A stretch of 32,000 bases of DNA from Promethearchaeia archaeon (GCA_046497275.1 JAWOFX010000084.1:1-32000); one strand, 5' to 3'; shown: positions 16,920 through 26,354, counted from the stretch's first letter. The notes: a model not told the origin generated them from the letters alone. Made by a program: numbers and translations.

Positions 16920-18437
16920 ATGATTATTATGATAAATCAATCAAATAAGATGATGACCGGAACGGTCAAATGGTACAGTGAAGAAAAAGGATATGGATTT
17001 ATATCATCAGAAATTATTGATGAAGATGTATTTTTACATCGTTCTGCTATTCAAAATAATGATGATATTCAACTTTTTGCTGGCGATCGTGTTACATTTA
17101 AGGTTAAAAAGCAAAAAAAAGGACTTGCTGCAAAACATGCAGAAAGGCTTAAGGGAAAAAAATCTCCTGAACAAATTAGTGAAGTTAGTAATGAAATATC
17201 CTTAAGTGATCTTGCAAAATTTAATTCGAGAGATATGCAATCTGAAACAGTAAGACAAAAAAGCACTGATATCTCTTTTACAGATCTTGAACTGATTCCA
17301 GAATTATTACATGCAATACGAGATGCCGGCTATGTTGAACCAACCCCAATACAAGCAAAAGCCATCCCTCTCGTTTCAGATGGGCGTGATCTCTTGGGAT
17401 GTGCTCAGACAGGAACGGGTAAGACTGCAGCATTTGCACTTCCTATACTGCAGCGGCTGAATAAAACTATTCCGAAACGCTCTAATGATGGGAGTATTAA
17501 AAAAACGCATAAAAAACGTCAAATAAGAGCATTAATAATTGCTCCTACAAGAGAGCTTGCCATTCAAATAAAAGATAGTTTCAATATCTATGGTAAATAT
17601 ACGGGATTAAGATCAACTGTGATCTACGGTGGAGTAGGACAAAACCCACAAGTCCAACAACTAAAACGTGGTGTGGATATTGTGACGGCAACACCTGGGC
17701 GACTCCTAGACTTAATGAGACAAGGATATGTCGATCTAAGATATGTTGAAGTATTCGTATTAGATGAGGGTGATAGGATGCTTGATATGGGGTTTATTCC
17801 CGATATTCGGCGTATCATAAAGAAACTTCCTCAAAAAAATCGACAAACAATGCTATTCTCGGCGACACTTCCCGATAAAATCATTGAATTGGCTAAAAAT
17901 ATTCAGACTAATCCTCTTGAGATAAGAATTTCTCCAGAAAAGCCTACCTTAGATATTATCACGCAGGCAGTATGTTTTACATCAAAGAGAAAAAAACAGG
18001 CGCTTTTGGAATTTTTGCTCCGAGATCCCGCTTTTAAACGCGTATTGGTGTTTATTCGTACAAAACGTAGTGTTAATCGAATCGTGAGAAATTTAAAAAG
18101 AAAAGGAATTAATGCCGAACCAATACATGGAGATAAATCACAGACTGCGCGGCAAAGAGCACTTAAAAACTTTCGCGACGGTAGAACCCGTGTACTGATT
18201 GCTACCGATGTAGCCGCTCGGGGTATTGATGTAGATAATATCACACATATCATTCAGTATGACTTACCAGACGTAGCTAAAACTTATGTGCATCGTATCG
18301 GACGTACTGCACGAGCAGGTTCGGGGGGGACAGCAATTGCATTTTGCGAAGACCAAAAACGTGGTATGCTCAAAGAAATTGAGAATTTAATCCAAATGCA
18401 TGTAAATGTGTTTAAAAATCACCCCTACAATGCATAA
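16920..18437 (+). CDS. Cold-shock domain fused to RhlE-like DEAD-box RNA helicase
   Basis: CSD: GTVKWY, KGYGFI (RNP1), VFLH (RNP2). Helicase: Q motif GYVEPTPIQ, AQTGTGKT, PTRELA, TPGR, DEGD, SAT, TDVAARGID, HRIGRTAR. Start may be ATG 16950. Confidence 0.93.
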   Translation: MIIMINQSNKMMTGTVKWYSEEKGYGFISSEIIDEDVFLHRSAIQNNDDIQLFAGDRVTFKVKKQKKGLAAKHAERLKGKKSPEQISEVSNEISLSDLAKFNSRDMQSETVRQKSTDISFTDLELIPELLHAIRDAGYVEPTPIQAKAIPLVSDGRDLLGCAQTGTGKTAAFALPILQRLNKTIPKRSNDGSIKKTHKKRQIRALIIAPTRELAIQIKDSFNIYGKYTGLRSTVIYGGVGQNPQVQQLKRGVDIVTATPGRLLDLMRQGYVDLRYVEVFVLDEGDRMLDMGFIPDIRRIIKKLPQKNRQTMLFSATLPDKIIELAKNIQTNPLEIRISPEKPTLDIITQAVCFTSKRKKQALLEFLLRDPAFKRVLVFIRTKRSVNRIVRNLKRKGINAEPIHGDKSQTARQRALKNFRDGRTRVLIATDVAARGIDVDNITHIIQYDLPDVAKTYVHRIGRTARAGSGGTAIAFCEDQKRGMLKEIENLIQMHVNVFKNHPYNA

Positions 18438-18467
18438 GCTCTTTCTCTCTTTATTGTTTTTTGAAAT

Positions 18468-18820
18468 TTAAAGAAAAAAGTAAAAGTAAAAAAAATTTTG
18501 TTTTAATTTTTCTTTTTCTTTAGAAGCAATCATAAAGCCAATCAAATAAAAAATTAATTCTAACGCGTAAATGGAAATATAGAAGTTAAAGGAAAGAAAA
18601 ATATTGGGGTAAAAAAAAAGAAAGAGAACCCTTCCAATTGTTAGAATAAGAATCCCTCAACCAAAAAAGACAAAAACCTAAAAAGTACGTATTGAATCTT
18701 TTTCTTCTCTCACAGTATGGAATTTTGTTAGAGCAATAGGATTATAGGAATAATTTCCAAAGTTGAAAAAGTAGAGATCAGAATGAGAAAAGCATATATA
18801 GATTCGGAAATTTTTGTTAT
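18468..18820 (-). pseudogene. Possible degraded membrane-protein gene
   Basis: Successive hydrophobic, TM-like segments (SIYAFLILISTFSTLEIIPIILLL*; IQYVLFRFLSFLV; GILILTIGRVLFLFFYP...ALELIFYLIGFMIAS) interrupted by stops and a frame change. Confidence 0.3.
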
Positions 18821-18942
18821 TGTAAAAGAAAAATACAGTTAAAATTAATTATATTTGATATCAATTTTATTTTAATATAATTGTAGTTTCTTTAAAATGG
18901 AAAAATAAAATTAAACATTTACTAAATATTGAGGTCTAAAAA

Positions 18943-21441
18943 ATGAGTAAAGCCACAGAATCATCTGATTCTGGAAAAGGTATGAAATATGAGATTGCTA
19001 AGCCTCATGATCTTTTACCTCGTTCATCATGGTTGAGAAAGTATTATTTTAAAGGAGTAGATCGTGAATGGAACAATGAATATAGCCCTTTTACAGCCGG
19101 AACGGAATGGGATATAATCTTTGAGGAACAAAATTATTACATTGTGCCAGAATTGGTATTGTACATCGGAACTAAGGGGAAAGGTGTATTCGCTACATCA
19201 TTTCGCTCCTCCGCGACTAAAGTCGATTTACCAGAAGATTTTTGGGATCTTCCCATACCTGAACGAAAAATAAAATTTCTGGAAAAAGTTATGACAGAGT
19301 ACATCCCCCAGGAGATAATTTCTGAAAATGATCTAATCGCTGGAGGGAGATTTAATACACAATTAAGCAATTGCCTCTCTGAGAAAGAAACAAAACCATT
19401 TTGGAAAGAAACAATGAGAAATCGAAATGAATACTTTAAATTCCATGGTGCTGGATTTGGTAATACTGGAGCCACCAGTGGACATGTTATCCCGGACTAT
19501 GAGACAGTTATAAATAAAGGATTTAAATTTCTCTATGAAAAAGCAAAGGAAAGCTATGAAAGCCTTTCAGAAAATGAGAAAAAAGGCGCAAAAGGTGACG
19601 AGTTAAAAGCGATGATCACAGCTACTCAAATTCCAAAAAAGCTTGCGAAAAAATATGCAGAGGAGTGCAGACGACTCAAAGAAAACGCTTCTCAAGAACG
19701 TGCGAAAGAACTGGAGCAAATGGCAAAAAACTTAGAAAAAGTTCCCTGGGAACCAGCAAAAACCTTTTGGCAGGGAGTTCAATCGATTTGGTTGACTCAC
19801 ATGCTTATCATGGCAGAAGAATCATATCCTGGTCCTGGTACATCGTTTGGGAGAACTGATCAGCATCTCTGGTATTTATATAAAAAAGATGTGTTGGATG
19901 AGAAAAATATCACGAGAGATTTTGCAAAAGAAATTCTAGGGAGTTTTTGGTTTCATTGTAATACGGCATATGATGCTATGATAAAAGTGGGAAAGCAAGG
20001 AATCACATCTGGATATGGACAATTGATGACACTCTCGGGATGTGGTCCAAATGGCGAAGATTTAACGAATGAACTTACATATGCAATTATTGAGGTAATA
20101 GATGAATGGTCGCCAATTTTAGAACCGAAACCAAATATTCGGATCCATCGAAATACCCCAGACAAACTACTAAATATAATTATAGATTGCGTATCTCGTT
20201 CTCAAGGTGCTCCTTTTTTAATAAATTTTGATGAAAGAAGTATCGCTGGTATGATCACAGAAGGAATACCGAAAGAAGAAGCGTGGGATTATGCGTGCGT
20301 TGGATGTTTGGAAAACACGATGCAAGGCAATGATCGTTCTGGGACTGTGAATTGCAATCCAAACTTAGCAAAAAGCATTGAATTAACCTTATGGGATGGA
20401 AAAATTATGCCTGGAAATTCAAATGAACCTTGGTCAAAAGAAGGGGATCAATTTGGCCCAAAAACAGGCAATCCAGAAGAGTTTGAAACATGGGAAGAGT
20501 TTTGGGAGGCATGGAAAACCCAAATAGAATATATTATTAGTTATTTAGTTGAAGTTAATAATTTAACCGAGCAAACTAGGGGCAAATACTTACCGACTCC
20601 CTATTTATCGACTATTGTTAGGGGATGTATTGAAAAAGGCATTGATATTAGAAATGGGGGTCCAGAACTAAGATTTGTCACAGTCGAAGGAGTCGCATTC
20701 GCCACCACCGTCGACTCCTTATTAGCAATCAAGCATTTTGTATATGATGAGAAAAAATATACAATATCAGAAATCAAAGAAGCATTAGTGAATAATTTTG
20801 AAGGGAAATATGCGGTGATGCAAACGATGCTAAAAAATCGAGCCCCGAAATATGGAAATGATATTGATGAGGCAGATGAGATGGCAAGAAAGGTAATGAA
20901 AATCTGGTCAGATGAAACATGGAAATATAAAACACCTACGAACTTCCAATATCGCCCTGGGATGCTCTCATGGAACTATTGGGCTGGTGAAGATGCTGCG
21001 CTCACACCAGCAACACCAGATGGCAGAAAGGAAGGTGTTTTTTTATCAAATGCAATTAATCCTACCGATGGTGTCGACACAGAAGGACCAACAGCAGTTA
21101 CAAATTCAGTTGGGACGGCTTTAGGAGGCAAAACAGAGAATGGAGAGTATATCAACTATTTACCGAATGGTTCTAGCCACACTATAACCTTTAATCCAAG
21201 TATTCTTAGAGATCCTGAGCATAGAGAAAAATTCAAAGCATATCTTCGTGGTTATATCGAGAATGGAGGTACATGCCTACAAATCAACATACTAGATGCA
21301 GAAGTTTTAAAAGATGCACAACAGCACCCTGAAAATTATGAGAATCTGCTTGTAAGAGTAACGGGATATAATGCATATTTTACAGCAATAGGAAAAGAAT
21401 TACAAGATGAAATAATTGCTCGAGAAAGCCATGGAATGTAA
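18943..21441 (+). CDS. Glycyl radical enzyme, PFL2/eliminase-like, substrate unknown
   Basis: Gly-radical motif LLVRVTGYNAY near the C-terminus; Cys loop YACVGCLEN; also SFGRTDQ, EPKPNIR, PKYGND. GAGGT RBS. Confidence 0.93.
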   Translation: MSKATESSDSGKGMKYEIAKPHDLLPRSSWLRKYYFKGVDREWNNEYSPFTAGTEWDIIFEEQNYYIVPELVLYIGTKGKGVFATSFRSSATKVDLPEDFWDLPIPERKIKFLEKVMTEYIPQEIISENDLIAGGRFNTQLSNCLSEKETKPFWKETMRNRNEYFKFHGAGFGNTGATSGHVIPDYETVINKGFKFLYEKAKESYESLSENEKKGAKGDELKAMITATQIPKKLAKKYAEECRRLKENASQERAKELEQMAKNLEKVPWEPAKTFWQGVQSIWLTHMLIMAEESYPGPGTSFGRTDQHLWYLYKKDVLDEKNITRDFAKEILGSFWFHCNTAYDAMIKVGKQGITSGYGQLMTLSGCGPNGEDLTNELTYAIIEVIDEWSPILEPKPNIRIHRNTPDKLLNIIIDCVSRSQGAPFLINFDERSIAGMITEGIPKEEAWDYACVGCLENTMQGNDRSGTVNCNPNLAKSIELTLWDGKIMPGNSNEPWSKEGDQFGPKTGNPEEFETWEEFWEAWKTQIEYIISYLVEVNNLTEQTRGKYLPTPYLSTIVRGCIEKGIDIRNGGPELRFVTVEGVAFATTVDSLLAIKHFVYDEKKYTISEIKEALVNNFEGKYAVMQTMLKNRAPKYGNDIDEADEMARKVMKIWSDETWKYKTPTNFQYRPGMLSWNYWAGEDAALTPATPDGRKEGVFLSNAINPTDGVDTEGPTAVTNSVGTALGGKTENGEYINYLPNGSSHTITFNPSILRDPEHREKFKAYLRGYIENGGTCLQINILDAEVLKDAQQHPENYENLLVRVTGYNAYFTAIGKELQDEIIARESHGM

Positions 21442-21462
21442 TATATAAAAAAATCACTCAAG

Positions 21463-22476
21463 ATGGTATATTTGTCAGAGTCAAAATCAAAAAAAGGATT
21501 GGTTTTCGAGATTCAAAAAATGTCCACTGAGGATGGACCTGGAATTAGAACAACCGTATTCATGAAACATTGTCCTTTAAAATGCGTATGGTGTCATAAT
21601 CCGGAATCAATTCCTAAAAAACCTTTATTAGAATGGTTATCGCATAAATGCATAGGATGTAAAACTTGTGTTGAAACTTGTAAGCAAGGCGCTCTGAAAT
21701 TTACTGAGGAAGGTCTCTTGATTAACCGAGAAAAATGTATAAGTTGTGGAGAATGTGTAGAAGAATGCCCGAGTACAGCGCTTCATATGTTTGGTAAAGA
21801 ATGGGATTTGGAGGATCTCTTTCATGAAGTAGATAAAGATAGAGTGTATTATGCAAAGTCAGGAGGAGGAGTCACTATTTCTGGTGGGGAACCTACACTT
21901 CAATCCGAATTTGTATATGAATTTCTTAGAAAATGTAAAGACAACGGAATAAATACTGCTTTAGATACATGTGGATATGCCAGGAAGGAAATATACGAGA
22001 AATTATTGCCCTACGTAGATTTGATCCTTTTGGATATTAAAGAAATAGATTCAGAGAAACATAAAGAATTTACAGGTGTACCAAATGAAAAAATTCTTGA
22101 AAATGCGAAATGGCTCGCTAAATACGCCCAACAACATGATAAAAAGTTATGGATTAGAACACCACTTATTCCAAATTATACAGCAACAGAAGAAAACATA
22201 GAAGGAATAGGAAAATTCATTGTTAATGAATTGGATAATATTCCAGAACGATGGGATCTTCTTACGTTCAATAATTTATGCGCTGATAAATATGAAAGGT
22301 TGGATCTTGAATGGGATCTAGCAGGAGTTCCGCTTATGAAGGAAAAGGAGATATTACATCTTTATGAGATTGCGAAAAAAACTGGAGTAAAAAACGTTCA
22401 ATGGTCAGGTCTTACAAAAAGTGAAAAAATAGACGAATCTTCGAAGCTTGATAATATAAAATTACCATCTTGTTAA
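21463..22476 (+). CDS. Glycyl-radical enzyme activating protein (radical SAM with 2x[4Fe-4S] ferredoxin insert)
   Basis: DGPGIRTTVFMKHCPLKCVWCHNPE, CIGCKTCVETC, CISCGECVEECP, GGVTISGGEP, ALDTCG. Confidence 0.95.
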   Translation: MVYLSESKSKKGLVFEIQKMSTEDGPGIRTTVFMKHCPLKCVWCHNPESIPKKPLLEWLSHKCIGCKTCVETCKQGALKFTEEGLLINREKCISCGECVEECPSTALHMFGKEWDLEDLFHEVDKDRVYYAKSGGGVTISGGEPTLQSEFVYEFLRKCKDNGINTALDTCGYARKEIYEKLLPYVDLILLDIKEIDSEKHKEFTGVPNEKILENAKWLAKYAQQHDKKLWIRTPLIPNYTATEENIEGIGKFIVNELDNIPERWDLLTFNNLCADKYERLDLEWDLAGVPLMKEKEILHLYEIAKKTGVKNVQWSGLTKSEKIDESSKLDNIKLPSC

Positions 22477-22515
22477 AAATATTATAAAAAATTAATTAAA
22501 AAAGTTGATATTATA

Positions 22516-23403
22516 ATGGGAAAAGAAAACTCTTTAAAATGGTCTTCTCAATTAACGGATGATGCTGTAGAGTTTACAACGCCGGAAATCATGTTGAAAC
22601 TAGTTTCAACTATTGATGAGAGAGGCTGGCCCCATATAACTATGATTTCTAGTAATATTGCGACAAATAATAATGAAATCGTTTGGGGAGCGTTTACAGA
22701 AGGGACTAGCAAGAAAAATGTAATAAATAATCCGAAACAAGGTATTTTCTATATGACAGCAGATATGCCCTTTAAATTCTTGCAAGTAAAAGCGAATTTT
22801 GATCATAAAACAAAAGAGGGAGAAGAAATAGAATATTTCAATACTCTAAAAATAATGCGCTATAACACTTATATTCGTGTTCATACAGGTTATTATAATG
22901 AAGTAGTAGCAGCAAGATCAGTTAGAGATCTCTCTCTATTGGGTATAGTAGGAGGTATTGTAAAAGATTTAGTTGGAAAAGGTGGTGCTAAAACAGATTT
23001 AAGTGAAGAAAGATTAGGAGTCAGGGGATATGATTTGTTTACCGCTCCGATTGCTATTCGAGCGATAAGTTATCTTGATCCTGAAGATGGATATCCAATC
23101 ATTGTTCCTTGCATTCCGCTACAAGCAGCAGATCATAATAGGCTTGTGTTTCCACTCTCTTCAACAAAAGATGATCTTTTAAAGATACCTAAAGGAGCAA
23201 AAGTCGCAGTATTTTGTATGAATTTTGATTATGCAAATCAAGTTGTAAAAGGTACATATACGGGAATCGAAAGAAGTAGATTGATTAAATTTGGCAGAAT
23301 AGAAATAGAAGAGATTTATAATAGCTGCCCTCCTGTAATTGGGGTTATTTATCCGGAAGAACGTAAATATTCAAGACCAAAGGTAACAGATTTTAATCTT
23401 TAA
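22516..23403 (+). CDS. Tandem (two-domain) pyridoxamine 5'-phosphate oxidase-like split-barrel protein
   Basis: Two repeats: KLVSTIDERGWPHITMISS...SKKNV.NNPK and RAISYLDPEDGYPIIVP...IPKGAKVAV. Confidence 0.75.
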   Translation: MGKENSLKWSSQLTDDAVEFTTPEIMLKLVSTIDERGWPHITMISSNIATNNNEIVWGAFTEGTSKKNVINNPKQGIFYMTADMPFKFLQVKANFDHKTKEGEEIEYFNTLKIMRYNTYIRVHTGYYNEVVAARSVRDLSLLGIVGGIVKDLVGKGGAKTDLSEERLGVRGYDLFTAPIAIRAISYLDPEDGYPIIVPCIPLQAADHNRLVFPLSSTKDDLLKIPKGAKVAVFCMNFDYANQVVKGTYTGIERSRLIKFGRIEIEEIYNSCPPVIGVIYPEERKYSRPKVTDFNL

Positions 23404-23534
23404 AAGGTTTTTTTTATTATTTATTTTTTTTAAAATTTTCAATTAATAACAAATTAGAACTAATTCTTTTATTTGATTTTGAATATTTAAAATTTAAAGC
23501 TAAAAACACATTTTACAATCCTAAGAGAATTAAA

Positions 23535-24293
23535 TTGAGTCCAAGAATTATTAATTTTAAAGAGAAATTTGGGATAGAAAAGGATCATTTATATGAAATT
23601 TTGGCAACTACAATTTCAATTAATAAGGATACAGAAGAAAAATTTCCTAATACATCTTCTATGGGAATAAGATTAAAGGAGAATAATTTGTTTGTAATGA
23701 ATCCTTATCCAAGTACAAAAACGTTCCAAAATCTTGAAGTTAATGGTATAGTAGTGATTAATTTTGTAGATAATATTTATTTGTATGCTTTAGCCGCATT
23801 AAAAGAACCGGAATCCAGAATTGATTTAAAAATCTTTCCAAAAAGATATTATGAATACTTAGATAAATCTGTGATTTCAGAGCTACAAAATTATTTACCA
23901 AATCAGATAGAAAATGTAATATCAAATATTCCCTATATAAAACAATCCTGGGGAATAATTATAGGTATGGTTGAGGGAAAAAAGAAAAAGAAAAAGCAAA
24001 ACGGATTAGGAAAGATCAATCTCACTGAATTTAAGATCAAAGCAATTTATAGTAATAATCTTAGAGCCAGTTATAATCTATATAACAGAGCCGAAAATTT
24101 AGCTTTAGAGATGATTATTTTAGCGACTCGATTGAAGGTTGCGTATATTAAAGAAGACAGGATTTTAATCTCATCAATAGAAGAAAAGATAAGCCAATTT
24201 GAGAATGATATTAGGAGATTCAGTAAAAATAGCCGAGTACTCAAAACTATTAATCTCGTACAAAAATACCGTAAAACGTTAGAAATACCTTAA
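23535..24293 (+). CDS. DUF447 family protein (split-barrel N-domain + helical C-domain)
   Basis: EILATT...N.SSMG...YPSTKTFQNL...NFVD and C-terminal YNRA..LALE..ILATR. Confidence 0.82.
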   Translation: MSPRIINFKEKFGIEKDHLYEILATTISINKDTEEKFPNTSSMGIRLKENNLFVMNPYPSTKTFQNLEVNGIVVINFVDNIYLYALAALKEPESRIDLKIFPKRYYEYLDKSVISELQNYLPNQIENVISNIPYIKQSWGIIIGMVEGKKKKKKQNGLGKINLTEFKIKAIYSNNLRASYNLYNRAENLALEMIILATRLKVAYIKEDRILISSIEEKISQFENDIRRFSKNSRVLKTINLVQKYRKTLEIP

Positions 24294-24314
24294 AAAAGGA
24301 TTTGAAAATGATAT

Positions 24315-24707
24315 TTATTTTCTTTCAACAATTTTCTCTATAAACATTAGAGGATATTCCAAATCCTCTACCCAATCAATTTTAGCTGTTATTTCTACTT
24401 CTTCGAATTCTAATATTAATTGAGCTCTTATGATTTTTCCAGTTATTTCATCATAATCGAATTCATCACTCTTTTTGCCGTTTATGAGATGTCGTGCTAA
24501 ATTGATTTTTATTTGTTTTACGTATGGTTGACATGAAATGCTCTTCTCAATTCCTTTTTCGATTGAGTTTATTACATCTTCATTTGAAGAAATCGGAATC
24601 CCACATAAAATATGATAAAGCGCCCCAAGTTTTATTCCCGTTTCAAAACATGCGCGTTCTCTAATATTTAAATCAGATGGAAAATAAATTTTACTTTTAT
24701 CAGTCAT
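24315..24707 (-). CDS. mptD: Archaeal dihydroneopterin aldolase
   Basis: RERACFETGIKLGALYH...GIP, IEKSISCQPYV, Y.EI.G, L.YPLMFI. Adjacent to mptG. Confidence 0.9.
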   Translation of the reverse strand: MTDKSKIYFPSDLNIRERACFETGIKLGALYHILCGIPISSNEDVINSIEKGIEKSISCQPYVKQIKINLARHLINGKKSDEFDYDEITGKIIRAQLILEFEEVEITAKIDWVEDLEYPLMFIEKIVERK

Positions 24708-24712
24708 AATAA

Positions 24713-25732
24713 CTAATCAAGAATTTCGTATCTTGCTCCTAGATTATTAGGTTTACATATATAAAAATGTCCCAAGTGATTAAGTTTCGTCTTAAGAGCC
24801 TCAAATAATTCTTCCGCTTCTGAATCAGACTCAGTGATTCCAACCACACTTGGTCCGAAGGAACTCATTCCGTAGGCTTTAACCCCAAATTCTCCCATAA
24901 AGTTGAGAAGATCCTTCACGATTTTATCTTGTAAACTTATTTCAATTTTCTTAAATCCTATAGATTGAATCCTTTTAAGACCTTCTCCAAAAACTGTTAA
25001 ATTGTTTTTCAAAATACCAGGAATTATTTTCATTAAAATTTGATGAGATACTTCATTTACTTCTTCTTTCGGAATCGGAGTATGTTTTTGAAAGATTGAA
25101 ACTTCTTCATCGCCGTACGCTCCTTTGCTAACATTAGGAATAACTAAAACAAATCGCCAATGTTCTGGAATATCATAACGGAATATAGTTAAAGCAGGAT
25201 CTGCTGAACTTGAAGCGGAGGATGGCAAAAAGGTTTCTTTTTCTTTTCCTAGACCAAAATCGTGCCCTCCATCTAATATAAAGCCTCCTGTTTTAAATCC
25301 ACGCCATCCAATTCCAGATGTACCTCCCCTTCCAACAATATTAGTGAGAGATTTATGAGAAATATCGAGATCTTTTAATTTTGCGATTGCTGATGCTATT
25401 GCTAATGATAATTGCGTCTTACTTCCCAAGCCAACGTGAGAAGGGTAATATTGTTTTAGATAAAAATGAAAATTCTTATTGCTAATATCAAGTGTTTTAA
25501 AAACTTTTGAGGCTTTCTCATTTATCACTTCAATGGATTCCCTATAGTAGCGATGAGCTTCAATCTTAAATTCTTTAGCCGAATTGGTGGCTTCAAATAC
25601 AACATTTGGTTTATCAAGCATGAGACCGATACCGCCATCCACCCTTCCCGTATATCCATTTTCGTCAATTAGAGATAAATGAATACGACTTGGAGTAATA
25701 ATCCTGATCTTCATTTTTAAAAAGCTCATCAA
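24713..25732 (-). CDS. mptG: Beta-ribofuranosylaminobenzene 5'-phosphate (RFAP) synthase, GHMP family
   Basis: TPSRIHLSLID, GRVDGGIG, PSHVGLGSKTQL, GRGGTSGIG, GGFILDGGH, GMSSFGP. Confidence 0.93.
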   Translation of the reverse strand: MMSFLKMKIRIITPSRIHLSLIDENGYTGRVDGGIGLMLDKPNVVFEATNSAKEFKIEAHRYYRESIEVINEKASKVFKTLDISNKNFHFYLKQYYPSHVGLGSKTQLSLAIASAIAKLKDLDISHKSLTNIVGRGGTSGIGWRGFKTGGFILDGGHDFGLGKEKETFLPSSASSSADPALTIFRYDIPEHWRFVLVIPNVSKGAYGDEEVSIFQKHTPIPKEEVNEVSHQILMKIIPGILKNNLTVFGEGLKRIQSIGFKKIEISLQDKIVKDLLNFMGEFGVKAYGMSSFGPSVVGITESDSEAEELFEALKTKLNHLGHFYICKPNNLGARYEILD

Positions 25733-25867
25733 ATTTTATTAGTAATTCAAATAAATTTTAATGATTTATTTATAAAAAACATTAACAAAGAATTCCCAAA
25801 ATAGGCTTGGGATAATAAAAATTTTGAAAATTTATTATATATAATTAAATTATATAGGAGTAGGATA

Positions 25868-26281
25868 TCATTTTAAAGACCTAATTAAAGCGGTATAATC
25901 TCTCAATGAAAGTTCGGTTATTCCTTTTATCCCACCTAAATGAGTATACCATTTCTCCTTATTTTCTATAAATTGTAATTTATTTACCAAATCTTTAAAC
26001 TTGGTCTTATCTTCAAAAAATTTAATCAAGCTTAATTGAAATCTGAATGGATAGTTCTTATTATGAAATAGTGAAACATTTTCTTTATATTTGGAAATTA
26101 CCTCATATAAAGCTTTTATTTCAGAAATACCACTCACATATACTAATATTTTATCATTTTCACCAATCTGATTATAAATCGTTTCATTATTGGTACCAAT
26201 AATATTGCCTGATTTTACAATCTGCCAATTCAGTTGATCAATGATAAATAGATAATACTTAAAATCTTTAGTTGTCACCAA
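25868..26281 (-). CDS. EVE domain (PUA-like) protein
   Basis: YYLF...NWQIV...G...IGENDKILVYVSG...YPFRF.L matches the EVE domain pattern. Confidence 0.75.
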   Translation of the reverse strand: MVTTKDFKYYLFIIDQLNWQIVKSGNIIGTNNETIYNQIGENDKILVYVSGISEIKALYEVISKYKENVSLFHNKNYPFRFQLSLIKFFEDKTKFKDLVNKLQFIENKEKWYTHLGGIKGITELSLRDYTALIRSLK

Positions 26282-26354
26282 AATTCACCATTCTGATGGA
26301 TAAAAAATAGATTATTCGCTTTTATTTTTTAACTCTAGGAACTATAAATAAATT

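Noticed and set aside
18468-18820. Selenocysteine or stop-codon readthrough rescuing the broken membrane ORF
   Set aside because: The interruptions include TAA stops and a frame change, not just TGA.
18943-21441. Calling the GRE pyruvate formate-lyase, or an alkyl/benzylsuccinate synthase (hydrocarbon activation)
   Set aside because: It lacks the adjacent Cys-Cys of PFL and the CMSP-type loop and small subunits of fumarate-adding enzymes.
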